Shown one piece after another: positions 11,270-21,692 of a stretch of DNA of 64,000 nucleotides. This DNA is from Bdellovibrionota bacterium. Lineage in GTDB: Bacteria; Bdellovibrionota_C; UBA2361; JBIKUX01. The position numbers and the translations under genes are program-made. The stretch is from positions 14,747 through 78,746 of the forward strand of contig JBIKUX010000013.1 of NCBI GenBank assembly GCA_044347345.1, read 5' to 3'. Every line of letters begins with the position of its first letter. Position 1 is the stretch's first letter. The notes under the pieces were generated by a model. That model saw nothing but the letters and a program-made list of their open reading frames with translations. It did no database searches and had not been told where the DNA came from.

Positions 11270-11962
11270 ATGAAGCGGTCTACGGTCACAGCTGCCGGGA
11301 TTATGATGGCGTTTATTGTTTTTAATCTGTGTTACTTACAGATTAAAACAGTTGAGGAATCCCGTTTTGAAGAATGGTTAAAAGAAGCTGAAGCAAGAAT
11401 GTTTATACCGCTAGATAGTACTAGTGATTCAAAAGATTTTACTAAGCCCGGTTTCAGTACATCATTTTCACCCTCTGAAAAGATTCTGCCAAGTAACTCT
11501 AACTCAACCAAGGATTTAAGAGTATCTAAGACAGAGGGAACAACCGGAGAGGAAGAAGGAGAATTAGTTGAGTACAACGGTGATAGTAATCTTATATCTT
11601 CTTTGTCGCTTACAATATCGGGACAAAATAGTAGTATTAGCTACAAGCTTTCAGCCAATGACAATATAAGTAATCAAACTAAAATTATCCGGCTTCTTCA
11701 ACTACTGAGGGAGAGTTCGTTTTTTTCGATGTCCAAGGCTTCTTTACTGTCTTTTAACGCTCAAATTATGACAATTGAGATTGTTGGTGTTGATGGAAAT
11801 AGATTTAATAGGTCGGTAGATGCTCGAGCACTACAAGAAAAAACCTCTGGGATGCTATTTTTAAAACTATTTGATCTTTATACAAATTCTACAACTAGTA
11901 AGAGTCTAGTAGCGAGTGAAGAAACAAATTCTTCTTCTTCTTTTTCCCGTCTTCCGAACTAA
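11270..11962 (+). CDS. Hypothetical membrane-anchored protein
   Basis: 230-aa ORF, N-terminal hydrophobic helix, Ser-rich. Confidence 0.6.
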   Translation: MKRSTVTAAGIMMAFIVFNLCYLQIKTVEESRFEEWLKEAEARMFIPLDSTSDSKDFTKPGFSTSFSPSEKILPSNSNSTKDLRVSKTEGTTGEEEGELVEYNGDSNLISSLSLTISGQNSSISYKLSANDNISNQTKIIRLLQLLRESSFFSMSKASLLSFNAQIMTIEIVGVDGNRFNRSVDARALQEKTSGMLFLKLFDLYTNSTTSKSLVASEETNSSSSFSRLPN

Positions 11963-12062
11963 ACCAACCAAACTTGGCTAATTTTTTGAGGTAAGCAGAA
12001 TGATGCTATTCTCTTGATTTTAGAAATATCTCTTTTAAATATTCAAAAAATAGTGTGACTAA

Positions 12063-12091
12063 TTGACACTATGAGTCTGTCTAGCTACTAT
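12063..12091 (+). promoter_or_regulatory. Sigma70-type promoter for the tRNA pair
   Basis: TTGACA-N17-TACTAT about 130 bp upstream of tRNA-Ile. Confidence 0.65.
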
Positions 12092-12222
12092 TTTGTTCTC
12101 CAAAGACATGTTAACTCTTAGAATAATGTGGTAAAGTGTTTAAAATTTAGCGGAGTGAATAAAGCCGTTACAGTATTTAAAGTCTAAGTAACCAAATTAT
12201 TTAAAAAGATCTTTTACTATTA

Positions 12223-12299
12223 GGGCTCGTAGCTCAGCTGGTTAGAGTACACGCCTGATAAGCGTGAGGTCGGTAGTTCAAGTCTACCCGGGCCCACCA
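12223..12299 (+). tRNA. tRNA-Ile(GAT)
   Basis: Cloverleaf with CTGATAA anticodon loop, encoded CCA. Confidence 0.97.
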
Positions 12300-12442
12300 A
12301 AGTTAGCTAAAGTTAACTAAGGCTAGTTTAGCAAAGCTAGTATGGTAAATGTTTAGCTTGGTAAAAAAGTTTCTTTATGGGAAAGCATAAAAGAAAGTCT
12401 TTTAAGAGCTTTAGTAAAGAGTTCTAGCAAAGAGATGTTTAC

Positions 12443-12515
12443 GGGGCTGTAGCTCAGCTGGGAGAGCGCCTGCCTTGCACGCAGGAGGTCATGGGTTCGA
12501 TCCCCGTCAGCTCCA
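12443..12515 (+). tRNA. tRNA-Ala(TGC), CCA not encoded
   Basis: GGGGCTGTAGCTCAG, TTGCAC loop, G3:U70 pair. Confidence 0.97.
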
Positions 12516-12630
12516 TTTTTTCGCTTCCATCCAATTGGAGGCACTTCAAGCTTTTAGCTGCATCTAACAGAATACATTTTAAATAGTTCGGTTAAAGTGT
12601 TATCACTGTTGTGATTAGATATTTTATCTT

Positions 12631-13557
12631 ATGTTCGCCGACGCTCCGATATCTCTTGAGACAATCGAATTTGCTGCAATCAAAGGTGCTGAAGTCGTCC
12701 TATCAGCCATTAAAACTAGAGAAATAAATACTGATAATTATTCGCTAACTTGTTGGAAAAAAAGCGATAAGTCTCTTGTAAGTTCGCTTGATATTGATTC
12801 TGAAAAGGTAATTATTTCTCTCTTAGAATCCCATATCCCTTGTATATCGGAGGAGCGTGATGGAGTGGCTAATTTCAAAGTACCATCAGATTGGTGGATA
12901 TCAGTTGATCCAATAGATGGAACTACTAGCTGTGTTAGGAATTTAACAACGCGAAATGGTCAAATTGGATTTGGTCCATTGTTAGGACTTTTTCATGGTG
13001 ACAAATTATATGCATCAGTATTTGCTCATATTCCAGAAAGAACTCTGTTTACCGCCACATTAGGAGCGGGTGCTTGGGCTACGCCATTACCTGACTTAGG
13101 AGAAGAGAGAAGTCAAATTTTACCACTTAGCGAGCGACTACCACTAAAACCACCAACTATTTCAAGAAATTCTTCAAAAGTTCTAAGTGACTGTGCAATG
13201 CTAGGATACTTTGGTTCACGTATCGACGCCGAAATCTTGGGGGCTCTTCGTGAAACTAAAAGTATTCAAACATTTTATCGGTTTGGCGGTCTAGCTAATG
13301 ATTGCGTGCGAGTAGCCCGAGGAGATGAAGATATTGCCTTTCAGCTTCAAATTAAGCCTTGGGATTTTCCGAGCATACTTTTTCTTCATGAATCAGACCA
13401 TGAAGTAGTGCTAGACCCTTTAAAAACAAAAATACCTTTTGTTGATTGGGGCGTTAAAGCCAATAATCCAATGATAGCTACAGATAAAAGTTTAATTAGT
13501 GAACTACTTTCAAAAATAAAAGATTTATCATCTGAATCTTTTTTGCATACATTGTGA
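12631..13557 (+). CDS. Inositol monophosphatase family protein
   Basis: SEE, DPIDGT, PWD motifs. Confidence 0.85.
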   Translation: MFADAPISLETIEFAAIKGAEVVLSAIKTREINTDNYSLTCWKKSDKSLVSSLDIDSEKVIISLLESHIPCISEERDGVANFKVPSDWWISVDPIDGTTSCVRNLTTRNGQIGFGPLLGLFHGDKLYASVFAHIPERTLFTATLGAGAWATPLPDLGEERSQILPLSERLPLKPPTISRNSSKVLSDCAMLGYFGSRIDAEILGALRETKSIQTFYRFGGLANDCVRVARGDEDIAFQLQIKPWDFPSILFLHESDHEVVLDPLKTKIPFVDWGVKANNPMIATDKSLISELLSKIKDLSSESFLHTL

Positions 13558-13569
13558 TCTTAATGCCGT

Positions 13570-14151
13570 ATGGCAGAAGAAGAGCCCACAACATCAACCC
13601 CGGAAAAACCTAAAAAAAAAGGGAAACTATTCTTAATAATAGGCCTTGCGGTCATCCTTTTAGCAGGTGGAGGGGGAGCATTTTTATTTCTGGGAGGCAA
13701 GAAAAAAGTAGAGAAAGAAGCTCATACTGAAGATAGTTTGCCAGTTCTCTCCTCCTTTACTATTGATACATTTATTGTAAATTTATCTGGAAGCGGAAAC
13801 TTCCTAAAAACTAAAATTGAAATTGAATACGATACTAAAGTTATAGAAAAGCTCTCCGCTGCGCAGGTAAAAGCAAGTGGCGCTCATGGTGGTGGAGGCG
13901 CTGGTATGAGCGGAGGCGGTGGAGGTGGCGGAGGCGCCGTTAGTGGACCACCCCCTTTAATGGTTAAGAGAATGCCAATGGTTCGAGATATAATCATCGA
14001 ATTACTTTCAAGAAAAACTGGTGAAGAAGTTTTAACAGCGACGGGAAGAGAAACACTCAAGCAAGAATTAGTTGATGGTATAAATGATGCGCTAGCCTTC
14101 GATGAGCCTGCTGTTGTAGCTGTCTACTTTATTGAATTTGTCGTTCAGTGA
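13570..14151 (+). CDS. fliL: Flagellar basal body protein FliL with Gly-rich insertion
   Basis: N-terminal TM, FIVNL, RD.II.LLS.K, G...LK.E, VYF.EFVVQ. Confidence 0.88.
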   Translation: MAEEEPTTSTPEKPKKKGKLFLIIGLAVILLAGGGGAFLFLGGKKKVEKEAHTEDSLPVLSSFTIDTFIVNLSGSGNFLKTKIEIEYDTKVIEKLSAAQVKASGAHGGGGAGMSGGGGGGGGAVSGPPPLMVKRMPMVRDIIIELLSRKTGEEVLTATGRETLKQELVDGINDALAFDEPAVVAVYFIEFVVQ

Positions 14152-14224
14152 GTCTTTTATCTAACGTTTTTACGATAAAGTAGGTGACGAAAACACTTGG
14201 TACTGTTACTGTTTTTATGTAGCA

Positions 14225-14536
14225 ATGATGCACCTAGAGGTTACCGTCATGAATCACTCAACCACTCAAGAGGATAAATTTTTGGGAAAGCCTTGGTTGT
14301 TGGTTGGGTTGGGGTTGAGTATTATCGCAAGTTTTTCTGGTTGCGCTATTTTTCGAGCTATAGGGAGCACAGTGGAATCTGTTGGAGAAGGCGCAGCCAC
14401 TGTAGTTCGTGGAGTAGGCGACGGTTTTGGAAAGGCCGTGGGTGGCACGGGGAGAGCAGTCAGTAAAGCCGCTAGTGGAAAGTCAGAAAATTTAAAAGGC
14501 ACAGCTCAAGAAACTGCTGAAGAAATCTCTTTTTAA
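14225..14536 (+). CDS. Putative lipoprotein
   Basis: FSGC lipobox followed by Gly/Val/Ala amphipathic repeats. Confidence 0.6.
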   Translation: MMHLEVTVMNHSTTQEDKFLGKPWLLVGLGLSIIASFSGCAIFRAIGSTVESVGEGAATVVRGVGDGFGKAVGGTGRAVSKAASGKSENLKGTAQETAEEISF

Positions 14537-14614
14537 ATTTTTTTAGAGTTGTTTTGAGTATTGCTATCGTTTAATTATCGGGTTATTCTTGCGAGAGTTG
14601 TATTAGAAAGTATG

Positions 14615-14731
14615 TCTTATCAAGAGAGGTAGAGGGACCGGCCCTTTGAAGCCTCGGCAACCAAAAAACATTAAAAATGTTTTGTATTTAATGGTGCCAA
14701 TTCCGTCAGGTTAAATACCTGAAAGATAAGA
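14615..14731 (+). ncRNA. SAM-I (S-box) riboswitch
   Basis: TCTTATC/GATAAGA P1, AAGAG..GAGGGA..GGCCC..GAAGCC, GGCAACC, GGTGCCAATTCC; upstream of a Met-pathway gene. Confidence 0.93.
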
Positions 14732-14936
14732 GTTAGTGAGCAGTGTAACCTGCCTCTAAATCTTTTAGCTTCGGTGTGATTTCTAGAAACTTTCAATAAC
14801 TGATAGTAGCTAGTGTCATTGTCAGAATAGCTAGAAGAATTTGTGAGAAATTCAAAGTCGGTCCCGTAAAACTTCTCCTAATGAAAATTTAACTGGAACA
14901 TCAGTAAAAATTTTCGCTAATTTTGGGAGATTTTAA

Positions 14937-16256
14937 ATGGGTAGCGAGTCATCTTCAATCAAAGAATTATCTACTCAATCAGAGTGGAATTACCCTTCAG
15001 GCTGGCCGTTTAATCAAGCTGAATCACTTAATAAAAGTGATGGTAATGATACGTTTTGTAATGTATCGGGAACCGCAGCTATACATAAGGGGCGCCCTAA
15101 CAGGAGAGATTACGGCCCACTAACTTGCTCGCTCGCCAAGAGCACAAATTACGTTTTTGGCTCTACCGGAGATATTGATCGTTTTTACAAAGGTGAATTG
15201 CCTTTTGAATATGGGCGATACGGTAGTCCGACAGTAAACTATACGGAAGATCGTATTGCAGCGCTTGAAGGTGGTGACCAATGCTTACTTTTTTCTTCTG
15301 GTATGAATGCTATCACCACGACAATCTTATCGTTATTGTCTGCGGGGGATCATATAATCGTTGGAGACGATTCCTATAGACGCATCAGACTTTTTTGTAC
15401 CAAGACGCTTGCAAGATTTGGAATCACTAGTTCAGTTGTTCCCATGGGCGATTATGAAGCGCTAGATCTAGCATGCACTCCCAATACCAAGCTCCTAGTA
15501 TTTGAAGTACCGACTAATCCTTTCCTCCGAGTGCTTGATATCAGCAGGGCGGCGGAGATAGCTAAAAAACACGGAGCATTACTTCTTTGTGATAGTACAC
15601 TTGCGTCTCCGTGCGTTATTCAACCACTTAAATTTGGAGCAGACCTAGTTATTCACTCTGCTACTAAGTTTTTAGGTGGTCACAATGATTTAATATGTGG
15701 TGCCGTAATTGGATCACACGACTTAATTGAAAAAATACATGAAGAGAGAAATACATTTGGTGGAATAGCAGATCCTGATGTTGCATGGCGTCTCGAGAGA
15801 AGTTTAAAAACACTTCCTTTGCGCATGAAGCAACACAACTCTTCGGCTCTAACTCTTGCAAAATTTCTTGAATCGCAATCTCTTGTTGAGCGTGTTTGGT
15901 ATCCTTTGCTAGAATCCCACCCTGATCACACGGTTGCTACTAAGCAATTTCAATCTGGTGGCTTTGGTGGAGGGGGTGTTGTTAGTTTTACCCTCAAAGG
16001 TAACGAATCTGGTGCTTGCTTCTTTTTAGATCAACTCAAAATTCCTTTTCTTGCTGACTCTCTCGGCGGCACAGAATCTTTGGTAAAGCATGTAGCTCGT
16101 ATGTCTTACTACCGGTATTCCCGAGAGGAAAGATTAAAAGTAGGAATAACAGACACTCTGATTCGTTACTCGGTTGGTCTTGAAGAATGTTCAGATCTGA
16201 TTGATGATCTTAAAGCAGCTTTTTGCCGTTACAAAAATTATCTTAATGCTATTTAG
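14937..16256 (+). CDS. metB: Cystathionine gamma-synthase family PLP enzyme
   Basis: YGRYGSPT, SSGMNA, E.PTNP, HSATKFLGGH, SLGGTESL, IRYSVGLE; exact paralog uncertain. Confidence 0.8.
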   Translation: MGSESSSIKELSTQSEWNYPSGWPFNQAESLNKSDGNDTFCNVSGTAAIHKGRPNRRDYGPLTCSLAKSTNYVFGSTGDIDRFYKGELPFEYGRYGSPTVNYTEDRIAALEGGDQCLLFSSGMNAITTTILSLLSAGDHIIVGDDSYRRIRLFCTKTLARFGITSSVVPMGDYEALDLACTPNTKLLVFEVPTNPFLRVLDISRAAEIAKKHGALLLCDSTLASPCVIQPLKFGADLVIHSATKFLGGHNDLICGAVIGSHDLIEKIHEERNTFGGIADPDVAWRLERSLKTLPLRMKQHNSSALTLAKFLESQSLVERVWYPLLESHPDHTVATKQFQSGGFGGGGVVSFTLKGNESGACFFLDQLKIPFLADSLGGTESLVKHVARMSYYRYSREERLKVGITDTLIRYSVGLEECSDLIDDLKAAFCRYKNYLNAI

Positions 16257-16301
16257 AAAATAGATTGCTTACGCCTTGCCTTGTTACCAGAGACAAGAAA
16301 T

Positions 16302-17141
16302 CTATTTAATGGCAGCGATCATAGCGACCCAAACTGGATCGTTACTTCCTTTTTCTGATACTGAGTAATTACCAGTTCCGTTACCTTCGTCATCCTCCTC
16401 TTCCCAAAAAAATAGAACATCACTAAAGCCAGCATCTATAATAGATTCTCTAATCTCTGGTAGAGCCCATATACGAAATTGGTACTTATAAACATGATTA
16501 AGACAAGAACCATCTGGAAACTTAAAGTGTATAGAGCAATCCATAGTCTGAGATATTGGATTTATGTTACTCTGTTCAAAGATATAGCTAAACCCTTTGC
16601 GTCGTCTACGCTCTATACCGGTTTTAAAAGCTTCATGACCACCAAATGCATCTAAAAATAAAATACCATCATTTGTTAGTGACTTAAGTGCAGATTTAAA
16701 GTAATTGACAAGATTCGTGCGAGTTAGAAATAGCCAATAGCTAAAATTACCAGCATAGATTAAATCTACCGTAGGCTCTGATACATTTACTACATTTTCC
16801 TCTATTAACATAAGTCGAGCACGTTGACACGGTGAGAGAAGAGTCTCAGCCTGACTTTTACACCATTTAAGTGGTTTCGGATCAATATCTACTCCAATAG
16901 CTCGGTAAAGATCTCCTTGTTTAATCCACTCGCGACACAGATAAGCTGTCGAGCAAAAATCTTCTCGCAGTAAGAATGGATTGCGCCCTCGAATATCAGA
17001 GAATTTTGTTTGAAGAAATTCGCACTCAAATTGAGGATCCTGTTCAGATGCTTCATATAGCTCAAATGGATCTGCTTGAGCCGCCATAGAGAGGACTTTT
17101 TCTTCAGCTTTTAATATAGCATTACGGGAGTGTGATTTCAT
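16302..17141 (-). CDS. Class I SAM-dependent methyltransferase
   Basis: LREDFCST, GVDID, NFSY, G...LD.FGG motifs. Confidence 0.75.
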   Translation of the reverse strand: MKSHSRNAILKAEEKVLSMAAQADPFELYEASEQDPQFECEFLQTKFSDIRGRNPFLLREDFCSTAYLCREWIKQGDLYRAIGVDIDPKPLKWCKSQAETLLSPCQRARLMLIEENVVNVSEPTVDLIYAGNFSYWLFLTRTNLVNYFKSALKSLTNDGILFLDAFGGHEAFKTGIERRRRKGFSYIFEQSNINPISQTMDCSIHFKFPDGSCLNHVYKYQFRIWALPEIRESIIDAGFSDVLFFWEEEDDEGNGTGNYSVSEKGSNDPVWVAMIAAIK

Positions 17142-17150
17142 AAAATTGCA

Positions 17151-17975
17151 TTAATCTGATATTTGATTACTAATACCATCGCCAACTTTACCGATATTGC
17201 GATCACGAGCGGCCAAAGCGCGAACGGGTAAAACTTTTTGTAAATATTGTACTAAAGTTTTAGAAAGAGCACTGTAGCCTCTAGGTGATGGATGAAGTTG
17301 GTCGGGAAGGAGTAACCGTTTACTAACTTTATCAAAGCGTAAGTCCGCCGGTGCAGTTAAAGAGTCGCTACCCACTAGTAAGTCATTTAGAGATTTTACC
17401 CATGGGCCTTGAGAACCTCTATTTGGGAGCATTAAAATCGCCTTTATGACAAGTGGCTCGTACGAATTAGAAAATTCACTAGCAAGCGACTTAATTACTT
17501 TAACTGTCCTATTTATGTAGCCTAAGGTAACGCGCGGTTCTTCAAAATTCCAACGATCATTTCTACCTAAGTCTAGTATCACATAGTCAGAATCTGTGAT
17601 TGCCTTTACAAGTGGTTCTTGAATCATGCCAGTCATGGCTAATTGATTGCGAGCTTTGTTGCCCTTAGTTAATAACTTTCGGTATAAATTTTTGGCTTGC
17701 ATACCAGCATAGCCAAAATTATTGAATTTTATCTGGGATAAGCGTTGAGAAGCACGAGCTACATAACCTGCTGGCAATGCTTGATCGTCACCTATACCAT
17801 AAACAAAGCTGTCTCCAATAATGGATATCACCACTTTACCATCACAATTGAAATCTACTACTCCCATAATAGAGGGACAAAAAAGTTCATTTTCTGGTAT
17901 TGACTGCTCAGTGCTACAATAGGCTTTCTCAGAAAACGCGATACATAAAGAAATAAAAACAATAAATAAGCGCAT
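17151..17975 (-). CDS. Secreted SGNH/GDSL hydrolase
   Basis: Signal peptide, GDS, G.ND, D.LHP blocks. Confidence 0.85.
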   Translation of the reverse strand: MRLFIVFISLCIAFSEKAYCSTEQSIPENELFCPSIMGVVDFNCDGKVVISIIGDSFVYGIGDDQALPAGYVARASQRLSQIKFNNFGYAGMQAKNLYRKLLTKGNKARNQLAMTGMIQEPLVKAITDSDYVILDLGRNDRWNFEEPRVTLGYINRTVKVIKSLASEFSNSYEPLVIKAILMLPNRGSQGPWVKSLNDLLVGSDSLTAPADLRFDKVSKRLLLPDQLHPSPRGYSALSKTLVQYLQKVLPVRALAARDRNIGKVGDGISNQISD

Positions 17976-18032
17976 ATCTCAAATGAAAAAACTTATAAGT
18001 CTTCCGCAGATTACATGGAAGTAAAAAATTAA

Positions 18033-18479
18033 TCACGCGTAATTCAGCAGATCTTGTAAGACTTTTTGAGCACCTACATCAGCATTACACGCAATAAAAA
18101 TAGTATCATCTCCTGCAATTACTCCAAGTATTCCCGAAATATTTGTACGATCGATAGCAGCAGCAACAACGCTTGCATGGCCAGGGGGTGTATGTAAGAC
18201 AACAAGTTGGCCCGAAGCTACTTTGCGAACAATAAACTCTTTTAGGACGCGCGATAAAGACATCCCAAAAGAAGAATTTTCATGAGCAAGCTCATACAAT
18301 GTTCGTCCGGCTCTTGTTCTACGCACAGCACCAATTTCTGCTAAGTCTCGTGACACTGTAGCCTGCGTTGCCTCAATATTATGTTGTTCAAGGGCAGACA
18401 CTGCATCACTCTGAGAACTGATAAATCCCTGTTGAACTAGGTTTGATAAAATCGCTAAACGGACATGCTTTGTAGACAT
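18033..18479 (-). CDS. argR: Arginine repressor
   Basis: TQATVSRDL, GVIAGDDT. Confidence 0.95.
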   Translation of the reverse strand: MSTKHVRLAILSNLVQQGFISSQSDAVSALEQHNIEATQATVSRDLAEIGAVRRTRAGRTLYELAHENSSFGMSLSRVLKEFIVRKVASGQLVVLHTPPGHASVVAAAIDRTNISGILGVIAGDDTIFIACNADVGAQKVLQDLLNYA

Positions 18480-18502
18480 TATCGTATTAAAATTTTTGTT
18501 AT

Positions 18503-19468
18503 TTATTGCTCCGCACCTAAACGGACAAAATTCTCGTAATCAAGAAGCATGAGGAAAATAGCAGCAGTAGTAGGTAGACGATTATGTGCCTGGTTTATGA
18601 TACGACTGCGATTAGAGTCAAAAACTCCTCGTGTGATCTCAAGTCCAAAATGAGCTGGTAAACAATGAAGTACGATGGTATCTCGATGAGCTGAAGATAT
18701 AAGTGTTTCATTGAGTTGATAAGGAGCAAAGATATCATTTCTTAGATCATTTTCAGCTTCATCTCCCATAGATACCCATACATCTGTATAAATAACATCT
18801 GTATGAGCTAAAAATTGGCTTGGGTCATGAGCTATAGTTATGCTACCGCGTCTCTTTAACGCAATAGTTTTTGCTTCTTCAATTACATCTGAATGTGGAG
18901 TGTATCCAGCTGGTGATGCCACAGCAACATGTAAGCCTGCCATAGCACCTGCTAACAAAAGAGAGTGAGCAACATTGTTGCCATCTCCAAGATAAGTGAG
19001 ATGAAGACCTTCTAAACGCCCGTTAAAACTCTCACTTATTGTTAACAAGTCTGCTAACGCCTGAAGGGGATGGAAACTATCACATAAGCCGTTAACAATC
19101 GGTAACGCACTGGGTTCGGCTAGCGATGTGAGGAGGGAATGTTTGTGTACTCTAGCTAAAAGAAGAGATAAGTAGCCTGATAAAACTCTTGCAGCATCAC
19201 CAGGTTCTTCCCCTCTATGAAAGTGCAGCTCATCACTCCTTAAAGTTACAGGGAAAGCCCCAAGAAGAGACGCTGCTGTTTCAGATGATACCCGTGTACG
19301 AAGAGATGGTTTTTCAAATAATAGACCTATTGAACTACCCGTTAAAAATCTTCTCTTATCTGAAGGAAGCCGTTTAAGAGCCTTGGCTACAGTTAGAACG
19401 GCCGCTTGTTCACTTATTGAAATGTCAGTATCTTTTAGGAAGTGGCGAACTCGTACTTGTGGTCTCAT
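18503..19468 (-). CDS. argF: Ornithine carbamoyltransferase
   Basis: SLRTR, HPLQ, DGNNV, DVWVSMG, HCLP. Confidence 0.95.
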   Translation of the reverse strand: MRPQVRVRHFLKDTDISISEQAAVLTVAKALKRLPSDKRRFLTGSSIGLLFEKPSLRTRVSSETAASLLGAFPVTLRSDELHFHRGEEPGDAARVLSGYLSLLLARVHKHSLLTSLAEPSALPIVNGLCDSFHPLQALADLLTISESFNGRLEGLHLTYLGDGNNVAHSLLLAGAMAGLHVAVASPAGYTPHSDVIEEAKTIALKRRGSITIAHDPSQFLAHTDVIYTDVWVSMGDEAENDLRNDIFAPYQLNETLISSAHRDTIVLHCLPAHFGLEITRGVFDSNRSRIINQAHNRLPTTAAIFLMLLDYENFVRLGAEQ

Positions 19469-19495
19469 AAAATCTCCCCCTCCAAAAAAAACTTA

Positions 19496-20680
19496 CTACT
19501 CTACCACTTCCTTTGACAAAATCGCGTAAAGCACTCGAATTGCAGCGTCAATATCAGCTAAGGTTATGACAAGAGGAGGCACAAAGCGCAGGGTGTCATC
19601 ATTCACCGCATTTACTATCACTCCTTTTTGTAGAGCCTCATTAGCAACTTTTTTAGCAATAGGGGCTTTAAGAACTGCTGCTTGCATCAGCCCTATTCCT
19701 CGCACTATCTTTACTTTGGGAAGCCTAGTAAGTTGCTCTGCTAAATACGCTCCAGTAATTGTAGCCTTAGTTAATAAATCATTATCGGCAATATAACGAA
19801 GATTAGCTAATGCTGCTGCACAAACAAGTGGGCCACCACCAAAGGTAGAACCGTGCGTTCCAGGCCCTAGAGCTTCAGCAATATCAGAACGGGCAATACA
19901 TGCGCCTATTGGAAGTCCGTTAGCTAATCCCTTTGCACTTGTAAAAATATCTGGCACTACACCATATTGCTCAAATCCCCACCATGTTCCCGTTCGTCCC
20001 ACTCCACATTGTATTTCATCTAAAATGAGTAGCGCACCATGCACCTTGCAAAGTTCAGACACACCACATATAAAGTCGTGGTTAGCCGGTATAACACCTC
20101 CTTCTCCCTGAATTACTTCAAGGATTACTGCACATGTTTTTGAAGAAATTACTTTTTCAAAGCTGCGTAAGTTATTAAACTCGGCGTGAATAAATCCACC
20201 AGGCAAAGGAGCGAATCCCTCCCATTTACTTGGCTGACCGGTAGCAGCTAGTGCCCCGTATGTACGCCCATGAAATCCTTTTAAGGCCGCTACAACTGTT
20301 GTTCGGTCTTGACCTCCCCACCGTCTCGAAAGTTTCAACGCGCACTCAATAGCCTCAGCACCTGAATTACAAAAAAAAATCTTACTGGGCCAGGGAGCTA
20401 AGTCATCCAACTTACTCGCTAGCGACATCATGGGTTCATTCCAAAAAAAATTGCTAACATGCACTAATGTATGAGCATGAGCTGCTATAGCACGAGCTAC
20501 ATCTTCATTAGCATGTCCTGATGATACAACAGCGACTCCTGCAAGAAGGTCTATGTATTCTTTACCGGATGTGTCCCAAAGTTTAGCGCCTTGCCCTCTA
20601 ACAAAAGTTACAGGATATCTACCATAGGTGTTCATTACTGGTGACGAATCACCTAATTTGTGAGCTAAAGCATTTTCCAT
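19496..20680 (-). CDS. argD: Acetylornithine aminotransferase
   Basis: NSGAEA, FHGRT, DEIQCG.GRTG, AKGL.NG; operon context. Confidence 0.93.
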   Translation of the reverse strand: MENALAHKLGDSSPVMNTYGRYPVTFVRGQGAKLWDTSGKEYIDLLAGVAVVSSGHANEDVARAIAAHAHTLVHVSNFFWNEPMMSLASKLDDLAPWPSKIFFCNSGAEAIECALKLSRRWGGQDRTTVVAALKGFHGRTYGALAATGQPSKWEGFAPLPGGFIHAEFNNLRSFEKVISSKTCAVILEVIQGEGGVIPANHDFICGVSELCKVHGALLILDEIQCGVGRTGTWWGFEQYGVVPDIFTSAKGLANGLPIGACIARSDIAEALGPGTHGSTFGGGPLVCAAALANLRYIADNDLLTKATITGAYLAEQLTRLPKVKIVRGIGLMQAAVLKAPIAKKVANEALQKGVIVNAVNDDTLRFVPPLVITLADIDAAIRVLYAILSKEVVE

Positions 20681-20813
20681 GGTATGTTGTTTCCTGAAAT
20701 AATCTGGGTATTACATTAAGCTCGGATCAAAAACCTCCAACTATTATTAAAAGACTCCCTCCATCGACTGAACTTTTTTATGGGAGAGAACTCTTTTATG
20801 GAAAGATCCATTT

Positions 20814-21692
20814 TTATGGAAATATCATAGTGCCAATGCCACGAGCCGTAAAAAATTCAAGTAAAACAGCATGTTTACGTCTGCCATCTAAAACATGAGC
20901 AGAAGCTACTCCGCGACTAAGAGCAGTCATGATAGCGTCTATTTTTGGTATCATACCAGCTTGAAAACTCCCTTTTTTCTTTAGTTCTTTAAGTGTAGCT
21001 GCATCTACTTCTGATATTAACTGTGAGCGCTCCTTAAAATCTTCGTAGACTCCTTCTGTATTAGTCAGAATTACCAATTTCTCAGCTTTAAGGCTTGCAG
21101 CTAGCTCTCCAGCAGCCAAATCAGCATTGATGTTGTAGCATTGTCCTTTCCCATCAGAGCCTAATGAGCTAATAACAGGGATGTATCCTGCGTCTAAAAG
21201 ACGTACCACAGGGTCACATTCAACATGATGAATATTACCGACGAAGCCAAGTTTTTCGTCTGACATTTCAGCGAAAAAAATATTACCACTCACTCCAGAA
21301 AATCCTATTCCTAAAGATCCGAAGGAATTTATTCGGGCAAGTAATTCTTGATTCACTTTACCCAGAAGAACCAAAGATGCTATTTCTAAAGTTTGCTTAT
21401 CTGTAACTCGCTGCCCATCTACAAATTGAGGGTTATGGCCAAGAGCTTCCATGTAATGGGTTATTTGCGGACCACCTCCGTGAACTACTACTACTCTTAT
21501 TCCAACGGAATTAAGCAAAAAGATATCTTGAGCAAACGCGTCGGTGGCATCACTATTAAGAAGAAGCTCTCCTCCTACCTTTATTACTATTCTTTTGCCT
21601 GCAAACCGACGTAAATATGGAATTGCCTCAATCAACACCAAAGCTTTTTCTTCCACCTCGGCGAGTAAGCGGGTATCATCGTACCTAATCAT
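20814..21692 (-). CDS. argB: Acetylglutamate kinase
   Basis: VIKVGG, VHGGGPQI, NINAD, GMIPK. Confidence 0.95.
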   Translation of the reverse strand: MIRYDDTRLLAEVEEKALVLIEAIPYLRRFAGKRIVIKVGGELLLNSDATDAFAQDIFLLNSVGIRVVVVHGGGPQITHYMEALGHNPQFVDGQRVTDKQTLEIASLVLLGKVNQELLARINSFGSLGIGFSGVSGNIFFAEMSDEKLGFVGNIHHVECDPVVRLLDAGYIPVISSLGSDGKGQCYNINADLAAGELAASLKAEKLVILTNTEGVYEDFKERSQLISEVDAATLKELKKKGSFQAGMIPKIDAIMTALSRGVASAHVLDGRRKHAVLLEFFTARGIGTMIFP

